DNA from: a virus | Lineage: Duplodnaviria > Heunggongvirae > Uroviricota > Caudoviricetes | Length of the DNA: 64,000 bases | Virus record (IMG/VR): IMGVR_UViG_3300042922_000286 | Coordinates: 1-64,000 of that record | Strand: one strand, 5' to 3' | In this document: positions 25,017-33,800 of the stretch, piece after piece | Numbering within the stretch: position 1 is the stretch's first letter | Layout of the letters: each line of letters opens with the position of its first letter | Position numbers and translations under genes: made by a program | Notes under the pieces: model-generated | Seen by the model: the letters and a program-made list of their open reading frames with translations, nothing else | Database searches by the model: none | What the model was told of the DNA's origin: nothing

Positions 25017-25064
25017 TCTTTTAATGCTTTGTCTTATTTGTCATATCCGTAAACTTGCGCAACC

Positions 25065-25343
25065 TCACACTTCACTGGATACAACACGGTAGCGATACAA
25101 TCGTTCAGAGATTTTTGTCATTTCAATATCGACAGTTCCCGCGCTGTGATTTATATGATAGGTCCAAGGCTCAATGATTCCAGTTATAACAAAGAGCCTG
25201 TTGGAGTATATCTCCCCATCGATTAGCTTCCACACATGCTCCCGGGCTAGGTGTAGCCGCCCGTTGAACTTTGGAACTACTTTGCCCGTTGTGCGATTCT
25301 TTATAACAAGAGTATCCTTATCAGAGAGCCGAAGGTAACCCAT
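25065..25343 (-). CDS. Hypothetical protein.
   Basis: ATG at 25343 with RBS AAGGGGGATG. Confidence 0.35.
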   Translation of the reverse strand: MGYLRLSDKDTLVIKNRTTGKVVPKFNGRLHLAREHVWKLIDGEIYSNRLFVITGIIEPWTYHINHSAGTVDIEMTKISERLYRYRVVSSEV

Positions 25344-25357
25344 TCTTTACATCCCCC

Positions 25358-25492
25358 TTATTCCTCATCGTCATCATCATCTGCTTCTTCATCTTGTTCG
25401 CTTTCTAGCGCCCCACAGTCGGGGCAAAAGCTCTCCTGACAGCAGGGACACTTCTCCCACCACGTCTTACATTCCCTACACCGGTCGCTCAC
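25358..25492 (-). CDS. Small zinc-ribbon protein with an acidic tail (not in the ORF track).
   Basis: GTG start at 25492 preceded by AGGAGG. Translation: VSDRCRECKTWWEKCPCCQESFCPDCGALESEQDEEADDDDDEE. Confidence 0.4.
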   Translation of the reverse strand: MSDRCRECKTWWEKCPCCQESFCPDCGALESEQDEEADDDDDEE

Positions 25493-25622
25493 CCTTATCA
25501 GCCTCCTGTTCATCAGGTATTAGATCGCCGCCGCAGAGGGGACAGTATCCGTCCCCGCAGCTTAGGCAACGCCTTACGAATTTCGTTCCGCAGTTCGCGC
25601 AGGTCAGTGGTATCGCGGTCAT
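25476..25622 (-). CDS. Small zinc-ribbon protein.
   Basis: Internal ATG at 25622 gives MTAIPLTCANCGTKFVRRCLSCGDGYCPLCGG.... The long N-terminal extension in the ORF track overlaps its neighbour and is likely spurious. Confidence 0.35.
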   Translation of the reverse strand: MTAIPLTCANCGTKFVRRCLSCGDGYCPLCGGDLIPDEQEADKGERPV

Positions 25623-25816
25623 TGAACTACAGACTCTTCCAAGATTAGGATGTTGACTGCTTGCACTTTCAGTAGTTCGGAGGGAAGCAGTTCGGCAGCT
25701 AGGGTGTGCCATGCCTCTTCCCATACCGCAGCGAAATCGTCTCCGTCGTAACAAGTAAATACCCCTGTTACGATATTCTCACGGTCGGTTGTATAGGTCA
25801 GTCTGAATGTCTTCAT
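25619..25816 (-). CDS. Hypothetical protein.
   Basis: ORF in operon context. Confidence 0.3.
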   Translation of the reverse strand: MKTFRLTYTTDRENIVTGVFTCYDGDDFAAVWEEAWHTLAAELLPSELLKVQAVNILILEESVVQ

Positions 25817-25819
25817 AGA

Positions 25820-26059
25820 CTAGAGTCCCCTTCCATGGATGTGTAGTTCGCTCTGATCGTCATCCTCTACGATTTCGCCAGTAGTAGTCCATTCGGCATC
25901 GTCGCCACTCATGAACTCATGAGGCAACTCGTCAGCACTCTGAATTTCCAGTCGCAGCTTTTCTTCGGTAGTGGCACCCTCAGGGTAGTACTCCGCGGGC
26001 GGCAACTCAAACTCCCGAGTGCATGTAATAGTTATTTTCACTTTTGCCATTTGTCCCAT
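25820..26059 (-). CDS. Hypothetical acidic protein.
   Basis: ORF in operon context. Confidence 0.3.
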   Translation of the reverse strand: MGQMAKVKITITCTREFELPPAEYYPEGATTEEKLRLEIQSADELPHEFMSGDDAEWTTTGEIVEDDDQSELHIHGRGL

Positions 26060-26064
26060 CCCCC

Positions 26065-26310
26065 TTATTGCCCCATACGATCAGGGCTTGTCGTCCAAGA
26101 GTAGTCACTACTATCCTTTTCGTACTGCTTGAACCGCTTAACAATCTGCTCCTGCAAGTACTTCTGTCGATCATCCGAGTTCATGAATGCTTCGTAAGGG
26201 AAGTACCCGATCATTTTCGCCATTCGGATAGTGAACTTGTCAATGCCCTCCAAGGTTTCTTTAGGAACCTCTTTCAGGATGGCCATCATTACGCCTCTGC
26301 TTCGGTACAT
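26065..26310 (-). CDS. Hypothetical protein.
   Basis: Start chosen at the internal ATG at 26310 with RBS AAGGGGGAG. This removes the 89-nt overlap with the helicase gene. Confidence 0.35.
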   Translation of the reverse strand: MYRSRGVMMAILKEVPKETLEGIDKFTIRMAKMIGYFPYEAFMNSDDRQKYLQEQIVKRFKQYEKDSSDYSWTTSPDRMGQ

Positions 26311-26323
26311 AGAATACTCCCCC

Positions 26324-27580
26324 TTAAAATACCATCTCATCTTCGGTCGTCGGTTCATATACCCCTGTATCGATGTCCGCTTTGAGGTATACATCCTCGT
26401 CCTTCTTACCACTGCGGTTCTTCTTCAACGACAGTTTGAATGTATCGCCAAGTCTACGGAGGGTGATCGCTCTTGTGGCCTTCTGTGCTGGGTTATCACT
26501 CTCTTGGATTTGATCGATCTCAGGGGTAGCTTGGGAGTTCTTACGAGCGTCCTTCGCCGCCTCCCGGCCCGCCTGTGCTAGAAGCATCGTCGGAGTCTTG
26601 GTTAGTAGGTTCATATCCCGTATCTCCCGAGTAACATTCACGATACGGCGTCGAATATCCCAATCCCCTTTGATATCCATGACGTCGTACAACTGGTCAA
26701 CGACTAGAAACGCGGGTTTCTCACTAGCTACGATGCCGTGAATGTCGGAGGTCTTGAACGGTGATCCACCATTCGACTCTTGGGATAGGATAAGGAACCC
26801 TGCGGACTCCTTCTGCAACTGCTCCAAGTATTCGAGGTATATCTGTGGGTCAGCCAGCTTACCATTCCTGAGCGCCATATTCGAGAAATGAGCCTTCATA
26901 CTATCGAGTCGGTATGAAACCTCAAGCTCCGACATCTCCGTTGATATAAAGGCAACGGGGCGGTTAATGTTGGCCTTCTTCAATGCCATCCAGACGTGGA
27001 AAGCAAAGAAGCCGCCGATTAAGGACTTACCTTCATTAAGGCGTCCCGCTAGAAGAATGAGATCGTCTTCCAACCATCCCCCTGTTAGCTCGTCAAGATC
27101 AGGTATGCCTGTAGGTAATCCAGCCATACCTTCCTTGCCGTGTTTCTTCATATATTCGTCGTAGCGACTGACTGCACTCTTTACCCAATCGTATGTGACC
27201 GCTTTGTTCGCATACTTCTGTAGGAGCGTGTCAATATCCCCACGAAGCTGGATCATGGATTCTAGCGTCTTGCCGTCATTGAGAAGCCCCGCGCCCCGTT
27301 CAAGAGCAGGAGCATATTCCGTGTAAGCCTTTTGCTCCTTTACCTGCTGGACAAGGTAGTCTACGGAGTCAAGATCAGCAAGTTTACGGAACTCATCGAA
27401 CTCGACAGCAACAAGATCAGGGGTCGGCAGAGCACCCCTGTTGGAGTTGCGGAAATCCTCGACCCACTTCACAACATCTTCCAAGGCAAAGAAGTAGGAC
27501 TGGTCGATTCCGTTCTTCGCCATGAATGCAGGGTCTTTGGTTACGAGCCAATGGTTGATAAGTTGCAGTTCTTCAATCAA
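26324..27580 (-). CDS. DnaB-family replicative DNA helicase.
   Basis: Walker A (LAGRLNEGKSL), Walker B (FLVVDQLYDV) and a DnaB-like N-terminal domain. TTG start. Confidence 0.8.
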   Translation of the reverse strand: MIEELQLINHWLVTKDPAFMAKNGIDQSYFFALEDVVKWVEDFRNSNRGALPTPDLVAVEFDEFRKLADLDSVDYLVQQVKEQKAYTEYAPALERGAGLLNDGKTLESMIQLRGDIDTLLQKYANKAVTYDWVKSAVSRYDEYMKKHGKEGMAGLPTGIPDLDELTGGWLEDDLILLAGRLNEGKSLIGGFFAFHVWMALKKANINRPVAFISTEMSELEVSYRLDSMKAHFSNMALRNGKLADPQIYLEYLEQLQKESAGFLILSQESNGGSPFKTSDIHGIVASEKPAFLVVDQLYDVMDIKGDWDIRRRIVNVTREIRDMNLLTKTPTMLLAQAGREAAKDARKNSQATPEIDQIQESDNPAQKATRAITLRRLGDTFKLSLKKNRSGKKDEDVYLKADIDTGVYEPTTEDEMVF

Positions 27581-28046
27581 GGTTCTTCACTCTCCGTTCA
27601 AAGAAGAGAGTCAGTTCGGCAAGCGTTCGACCAATCTCGGCCACCGCTTCTTCGTGGGTATTGAATACAACAAGTACAGTTCTGTCGTGAACAGCCGCCC
27701 ACTTGTCGCCTTCAACCCACTCCACTCCGAATACCCCGCAGATATGGAACACAAGATTCGAACGTCTAAAGTCTAATGTGTTCCCATTTTTGTGAGCAAG
27801 TCGTGCCCCCTTAGGGATTCCTCCGTTAAAGAACACCTCGTAGAAACTTACGTAGTCACGTCTGCCTTCTGTATTGAGGTATCCTTGAATCCACTGTTTG
27901 CCCCCGGGTCGGGATATGACCCAAGTATTAGGGAACGAACCGCAACGCTCTAGGTCACTTATGTCGATAATAAGTGGGTGAACTTCACCTTTGTGCGTGA
28001 TAAGGATATGCGCTTCGTCATTATGAATCTCTACTTTGTTCTTCAT
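27573..28046 (-). CDS. HNH endonuclease (HNH_3 type), free-standing.
   Basis: AHKNGNTLDFRRSNLVFH matches the HNH motif H-x-N-G-N-x-x-D-N-R-x-x-N-L. Confidence 0.6.
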   Translation of the reverse strand: MKNKVEIHNDEAHILITHKGEVHPLIIDISDLERCGSFPNTWVISRPGGKQWIQGYLNTEGRRDYVSFYEVFFNGGIPKGARLAHKNGNTLDFRRSNLVFHICGVFGVEWVEGDKWAAVHDRTVLVVFNTHEEAVAEIGRTLAELTLFFERRVKNLD

Positions 28047-28762
28047 CCGAACAGCCTCCTATCTTTACCACCAAGCTCGATAGGCATGGCGTTCATCAAC
28101 ATCCGAGAGAATATTCTAGAACCCATGGTTTTCTTCAACTGCTCCAACCCGAAGTTCGATGTGTAGAGCGTGGCAAGCCCGTTGTTCACTCGATAGTTCA
28201 GCAGGAGGTACGTCTGTTCTAAGGCAAAGTCGGATAGTGTCCCTGCCCCCACGTCATCAAGCATCAGGAACGGGGTATCCCGCATTTGCTGCATAGTTTC
28301 GACCACATCAGCGTCCTCCCTGCGGTAACGTAGATCGTCTATGATGGTGGCGAACTCAACAAACATACCGAGCGGTAATTCGAAGTCAAACCTTCTGCCC
28401 GTGCAGGTCTTGTAGATGAAGTGATTCAGAAGGGTAGCTCCCGCGTACGTTTTGCCTGTCCCGGTTCCCTGATTAAAGATCAGGAAGTTCGTCCCTCTAT
28501 CCACCACCGCCACAATACCTTCTACTGCGGGCTCGATGTCGTTATAGAATGCGATCTTGTTGTCCTCATCCACTCTGAAGTTGTGGATATTGGCCGTCAG
28601 GTACACCTTCGGGATGCGTGATAGTTCGAGCGCCTTGTACAGGCGGTATTGGGCATTACACCAGCTAACAGGGGCATCAGGGCGTAATGGAACTTTTCCG
28701 CTGTACGCATTGCAGAATGGAGCAGCTATGCATGACTCACAAAACTCATACGGCGGCATCAT
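28043..28762 (-). CDS. DnaC/DnaI-like AAA+ helicase loader.
   Basis: Walker A (NQGTGTGKTYAG) and Walker B (LMLDDVG); adjacent to the helicase. Confidence 0.7.
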   Translation of the reverse strand: MMPPYEFCESCIAAPFCNAYSGKVPLRPDAPVSWCNAQYRLYKALELSRIPKVYLTANIHNFRVDEDNKIAFYNDIEPAVEGIVAVVDRGTNFLIFNQGTGTGKTYAGATLLNHFIYKTCTGRRFDFELPLGMFVEFATIIDDLRYRREDADVVETMQQMRDTPFLMLDDVGAGTLSDFALEQTYLLLNYRVNNGLATLYTSNFGLEQLKKTMGSRIFSRMLMNAMPIELGGKDRRLFG

Positions 28763-29886
28763 TGAACACCTCCGAGAAGCTGCGCCCGCCGCCTTGCCGC
28801 CAAGTCTGCGAACTCATCTTTCGTTTCCTGCGAATCCTCCTGTGGTGCAAGGTTGCTTTGCTTCTTGCGGTCGAAGCTACCCGTGTTAAGGTACTGGGTA
28901 ATCATCCCTTGTACAAAGTTGGAGCAGAAGTTCGAGATGCCTTTAGGGGAGAAGAAGTCGCTATCAATATAAACCTCGATTCTTCGTTTAAGAAGCTCCC
29001 TGCCGTTGTACGGCTTACCCTCTACTTCCATCTCTCCATACAGGTCGATCAGCTTCTTTAACTGCCCGCGTTCTTTCATGCCAGCGCCGATCATCGGTAG
29101 TTTCATTACTTCGAGGTACTTATCCGCAAAGTAAGAAGTGAAGTGATTGGTGTTCCAGTCCTCGACAGGCACATTCCGCCATGAAGTATGCTTCCTACCG
29201 CTCGATGCCTTTTCAGGCTTGCTCGGGTCAGCTTCCCGCCGAATCTCATCGGCGTTCACAGGTGCAGCGGTTATACGTCTAGGCATCCCGGGGACATGTT
29301 GTGGTATTTCAGGTTGAGGTTTGTAGACCACAGGCTCCGACACAGGCAGCAGTGTTTCCCCTGCAAAGTACGCTTGGAAGAACTTTTCAATCGTCGCTTC
29401 ATGCCCTACAGGGTTTTTGTTTGCCTTGTCACATAGCGAGGTTTTCTTATAGGTTTCAAGAGCCTTGAAGGTATTCTCACCATGTTCCTTCCTGTACTGC
29501 TCCAATACCTCATGAACAAACTCAGAGTGTGCTACCGTCGGTATAGTGTGTAGCTCTGACAAGTGATACACGTAATTCCCGCCACCCGTCCGCTCAAGCG
29601 CAATTAACCTTGCATCACGCAGTTCGTAGGTGAACTTTCTTATCGTGTTCTTGCACCACCCTAGTTGTAGACGAAGTGCCAACTGACTAGGGAAGCAGTC
29701 ACGCTTACCGTTGAACGCATACTCCGAGATGTTAGTGTAAAGTTGCTTTGCTTCCGACGACAGGAATAGACAGCGGTTCACCTTACTGTAGGTAAGAGAA
29801 TGACCGCGGTTTGGCCCTTCGTTATAGAGGAACTCTTTTTCGGACGAAGCGAACTTTAAGCTAAACTCGTTGTATTCGTTATCCAT
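28759..29886 (-). CDS. Putative replication initiation/replisome organizer protein (DnaD-like winged-helix N-terminus).
   Basis: Position upstream of the loader and helicase, and a winged-helix-like N-terminal region. Weak. Confidence 0.4.
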   Translation of the reverse strand: MDNEYNEFSLKFASSEKEFLYNEGPNRGHSLTYSKVNRCLFLSSEAKQLYTNISEYAFNGKRDCFPSQLALRLQLGWCKNTIRKFTYELRDARLIALERTGGGNYVYHLSELHTIPTVAHSEFVHEVLEQYRKEHGENTFKALETYKKTSLCDKANKNPVGHEATIEKFFQAYFAGETLLPVSEPVVYKPQPEIPQHVPGMPRRITAAPVNADEIRREADPSKPEKASSGRKHTSWRNVPVEDWNTNHFTSYFADKYLEVMKLPMIGAGMKERGQLKKLIDLYGEMEVEGKPYNGRELLKRRIEVYIDSDFFSPKGISNFCSNFVQGMITQYLNTGSFDRKKQSNLAPQEDSQETKDEFADLAARRRAQLLGGVQ

Positions 29887-29911
29887 TTATCAAGCTCCCT
29901 TCTGTGCCCCT

Positions 29912-29955
29912 TTGCTTACACTTGCCCTATACGACCTCCGCGAACATTAGTTAAG
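29912..29955 (-). promoter_or_regulatory. Conserved bipartite promoter-like element, copy 6 (CTTAACT-N15-CGTATAGGGCAAGTGTAAGCAA).
   Basis: Core at 29912-29933 and box AGTTAAG at 29949-29955 with a 15-nt spacer. It lies 25 nt upstream of the initiator gene. Confidence 0.5.
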
Positions 29956-29976
29956 TTCGTTTATTTACATTTTCAT

Positions 29977-30006
29977 TTGACATAGGTAGTACCTGCGTTG
30001 TATGCT
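29977..30006 (+). promoter_or_regulatory. Sigma-A-like promoter for the recombinase gene (TTGACA-N18-TATGCT) with GGTAGTACC in the spacer.
   Basis: TTGACA at 29977-29982, TATGCT at 30001-30006 and the operator-like 9-mer at 29985-29993. Confidence 0.45.
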
Positions 30007-30034
30007 GTGCTCATAATAAATATTATGGGAGGAA
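30005..30034. other. dif-like candidate recombination site (GTGCTCATAA-TAAATA-TTATGGGAGGA) overlapping the recombinase RBS.
   Basis: The left arm matches the E. coli dif XerC arm GTGCGCATAA at 9 of 10 positions. There is a 6-bp AT spacer, and the right arm begins TTATG as in the dif XerD arm. Confidence 0.35.
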
Positions 30035-30040
30035 TCGCCA

Positions 30041-30880
30041 GTGAGCCATATTAAACTGTTCATTGATCATTTGAAGATCGAACGTGAGCTGTCGAACGAA
30101 ACCACATACAACTATGAGAAGGATATCGAGCAGTTCACAGCGTTCGTATGCAAACCTGTTGAGCAGGTAACCACTGATGACATTGTGCGGTTTCTCGCTC
30201 ATCTAAAGGACAAAAGCATGAAGGCATCCACCCGAAACCGTAAGCTATCTGCCCTAAAGACTTTCTTTAAGTACCTTGCAAGGCGAGGGCGTGTTCCATT
30301 CAGCCCCGCCGCGGACATCGAGGGGGCCAAGCAAGACAAGCACCTTCCGAAGCCAATCAATGCTGAAGTGCTCGACCAGTTATTTGAAGCCGTAAATAAC
30401 CTACGCGACAGAACCTTATTGGAAATACTGTACGGCTGCGGGCTGCGTCGTATGGAGTTGGTCAAGATAAGAATATCGGATATTGACTTTACCCAAGGAT
30501 TCATTCGCGTACTAGGGAAGGGTGGCACCGAACGGATCGTCCCTATCCGAGGCATCGCCTTGCAGATTACTAAAGAACTCGCGGCGAAGGCGAGTGGGGA
30601 ATGGTTGTTCGAGGGCGGCAATGGACATCTGTCCGCACGGCAAGCAAACGATATTATAGCTAAATGGAGGGGAGTGGTAGGGGCCAAGTGGATTACTCCG
30701 CACAAGTTTCGCCACTCCTTCGCTACGCACCTGTTGAATAATGGGATGGAGCTAAAGTATGTACAAGAGCTTCTCGGCCACGCCAATCCAGCCACTACAC
30801 AAATCTATACGAAGGTTGACAACAGACGTGTAGCTAACGATTACGAACAGTTTCATCCAAGAGCAAAAAGCGCCCTCTAG
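30041..30880 (+). CDS. xerD: XerC/XerD-family tyrosine recombinase.
   Basis: SAM-like N-terminal domain and a catalytic domain with R...(GLRRMEL)...HSFATHLL...GHANPATTQIYTKV (R-K-H-R-H-Y). GTG start with RBS GGGAGGA. Confidence 0.85.
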   Translation: MSHIKLFIDHLKIERELSNETTYNYEKDIEQFTAFVCKPVEQVTTDDIVRFLAHLKDKSMKASTRNRKLSALKTFFKYLARRGRVPFSPAADIEGAKQDKHLPKPINAEVLDQLFEAVNNLRDRTLLEILYGCGLRRMELVKIRISDIDFTQGFIRVLGKGGTERIVPIRGIALQITKELAAKASGEWLFEGGNGHLSARQANDIIAKWRGVVGAKWITPHKFRHSFATHLLNNGMELKYVQELLGHANPATTQIYTKVDNRRVANDYEQFHPRAKSAL

Positions 30881-30895
30881 GGGCGCTTTTCTGTT
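30865..30895. terminator. Bidirectional terminator between the convergent xerD and repeat-protein genes (AAAAA-GCGCCC-TCTAG-GGGCGC-TTTT).
   Basis: 6-bp GC stem at 30870-30875 and 30881-30886, flanked by an A-run and a T-run. Confidence 0.65.
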
Positions 30896-33800
30896 ACATG
30901 ATGAACGCGTACGGTAGGTCGGTGATGATCTCGATAACACAATCCAAGTCCTTCCTATGCAAGAGACTTAACGAAGACGGCAGGTCGCTGTGAATACGAA
31001 GGGCAATGCTTGAAGGCATATCGTACTCTGACGTGCGCCGTACCCACAGCGTTGAAGACTTATCGTAATAATGCACTTGCTGTACCGTAATGCTACCCGG
31101 GATATCATCCATCAGTCGAAGTTGAATCGAAGATGGCAGGTCTTCATCCCTTACAGCTATAATCCCGACCGTGCCTGTCATCCTGTTAGTAGGGGAAACC
31201 CTGATGACGGACGGTAGGCTTTCATTCCCCCGCGCCACTGTGTACAAGGATGTCGGGATGTCGTAAGCCCCACGAACCCTCGGAATGATGATACCCGGGG
31301 TGTCTTCATTCCCACGGTACTTTACAAAGATGCTACCCTGTAGGGACTCGTACGGCCTTACAAGGATTTCGGAGTTCAAGTCATCCCTATTCAGCACGTA
31401 GATGTTCGACGGTATGTCGCTCGTCTCCGACCTGCGGACCACGATCCGCGACGGCAGCGTTACAAACTGCAACGTATTGATGGCAGACGGAAGATCAGAC
31501 CATTCGCTACGTCTTACTACGATCTGCGAGGGACGCTCGGAGATTTCGGCCCTACGTACTGTGATACTCGACGGCAGGTTGGAGAACCTGACTACATTGA
31601 TCTGCGTAGGCAGATCGGACGTGTCGCGAACCCTTACTACGACCTTACCATTCAGGTCTTTGAAGTTGCTCCGACGAACCGTGATAGTAGAAGGGAGGTC
31701 GCTATGCAGCCTCAGTTGTATTGTAGAAGGGATGCTGTCCACATCGCTGCGCCGTACTATTACCGAACCTTCCATTTCGTAGTCCCCGTAAGCAGGTACA
31801 ACGATACTACAATTCAAGTACTGCGATCTAACTAAGATGGAGCCTTGCAGATCACTCTTTATCCATACGTCCAGTTGGCCCGGGATTTCCTTACGGTAGA
31901 GGACATAAACGTTACTGTCCAGATCGTCTAAATCCGACCGCCGTACGACCAAGCTAGACTCAAGGGTGTAATGCAGCCGCGGCTGGATGGTACCCATAAG
32001 ATTAGGTCTGGAAACTACAATCCCAGCATCGATCTCATTTAACGAATCCCTACGCGCCGTGATGGAACCAGTCAGGTCTTCCCTGAACCGAACATATACA
32101 CTGGACGGTAGGTCAGGCTTCGATACAAAGATCGTGCCATCGATCTTACTCCGATCGCTGTGTCTTACGGTCACGCTGCCCGGGAGGTCAATGTACGGAG
32201 TAACATAGATTCTACCTTTAATAGTAGGATGAGAAACCCACAATCTTGAAGGCATGTTCAGTCTGTCACTTCGCCGTACTGTGATGCTGCCCGCCATATC
32301 AATATATGGCGTTACCCAAATCCTAGATTGCAACTCAGGTCTGGATACAAACAGCGTGGCAGGTATCCTGCTCTCGCTTCTTTTCCTTACCCGTATCAAG
32401 CCGCTAACGTCAACGTACGGCGTTACCCAAATGCTAGAAGGCAGGTATGGTTTAGAGACATTGACTGTACCCGGTAGTTCACCTTCTCCGTTGCGCCTAA
32501 CATCGATGCTGCCCGCCAAGTCCTCGCGGAATCGAACATAGATCGAACAGTCGATTGTCGGATTGGACACGTACAGGCTGGAAGGCATCTCCCACTCGGT
32601 CGATCTTCGAACGGCGATACTACCCGGCCAATCTTTATACGGCGTAACGTAGATACTACCCGGGCGATCTGGTGCGCTAATCGTTCCCCAAGAGAATAGC
32701 TCACTGTACCCTTCGACCCTGACCAAGAAGGAGGAAGGCATATCCGTGTACTTTTTAACAAACAAGGACGAGGGCAGGTCAGGCTTACTAACCATAATCG
32801 TATTGTTTTCAAGGTCGTTGTATCCCGGCTCACGAACAGCGATGGTGGAAGGTAAGTCATTCCATTCTTCTCTTCTTACAGTGATCGAGCCGAGCATGTC
32901 AGGGCGGCTAACTACAATCCGAGAAATGCGTTCTCCCGGCTGCACAATGAACATGCTTGAGGGCATATCATGAGTTGTCCAAAATCCCCTAACTGTCAGC
33001 TTACTGGCCAAGCTCTTGTTGCCTCGAATTACAGCCATAATCCGCGATTCAAGGTTAGCTGTGTCGAAGCTCCAAATCTGAGCATCAAAGTACTCAATAA
33101 CAATCTTAGGCTCAAGACCTGACCTACGCTCTTTCGAGAATACGAACAACGCAGGGTCTTGCTCATTCGTGGCGTTGATGTAGAAGTTAAGTACGGCCTT
33201 TCCATCCCGCCTTGCATCGTTAACGTACGTCGAGAGGTCAAAGGCGATGTACCTGTCGTCCTCATTAACTGTATAGTCTATGCCGACAAGCAAGCCCGGG
33301 CCGGGTTGGTTATCCCACGTTACCCCATTCTCGGTCCAAGAATCGTCCGTCTCCAAAAGACTCAGGCTGATCTCGGGTTTCATGTAGGCGTAGTAGAGGC
33401 GCAGTTCCGCTCTTTTCAGTTCGTAATTAAGCGGTAACTCTAGGAACCTAGAGATGTCGAACCCTGCGAGGATTCTTAGCCTTTCCTCTTTACCTGCCGA
33501 GTAGCCAGTTCCTATGATCTGCTCCCCGCCATAGTTCAGCTTAGGTAGGCCTTCGCGGATAAACGCATCTTTAATCGGCGTGTTAATGTCGGCCAAGACC
33601 GTAGGTTCAACGATATTGATGATGCCTCGCATACGATTTAGCGGAGCTACCCCGATGCTGGAAGGCATGTCGTATGGCCGCTTGGCAATAACGGACATCG
33701 GTATTTCGTTACCCTGCACACCGATAACAAACGAGTCGCCTGTCATTTTGTTTCTGAGCTTGACCCCGATGCGGGATGTCAGATCAGAAGTACCAACGGA

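Noticed and set aside
26324-28762. Intein or group I intron in the replication genes.
   Set aside because: The helicase, loader, polymerase, RNR and RecA genes all have normal lengths and contiguous motifs. The HNH gene is free-standing between intact genes.
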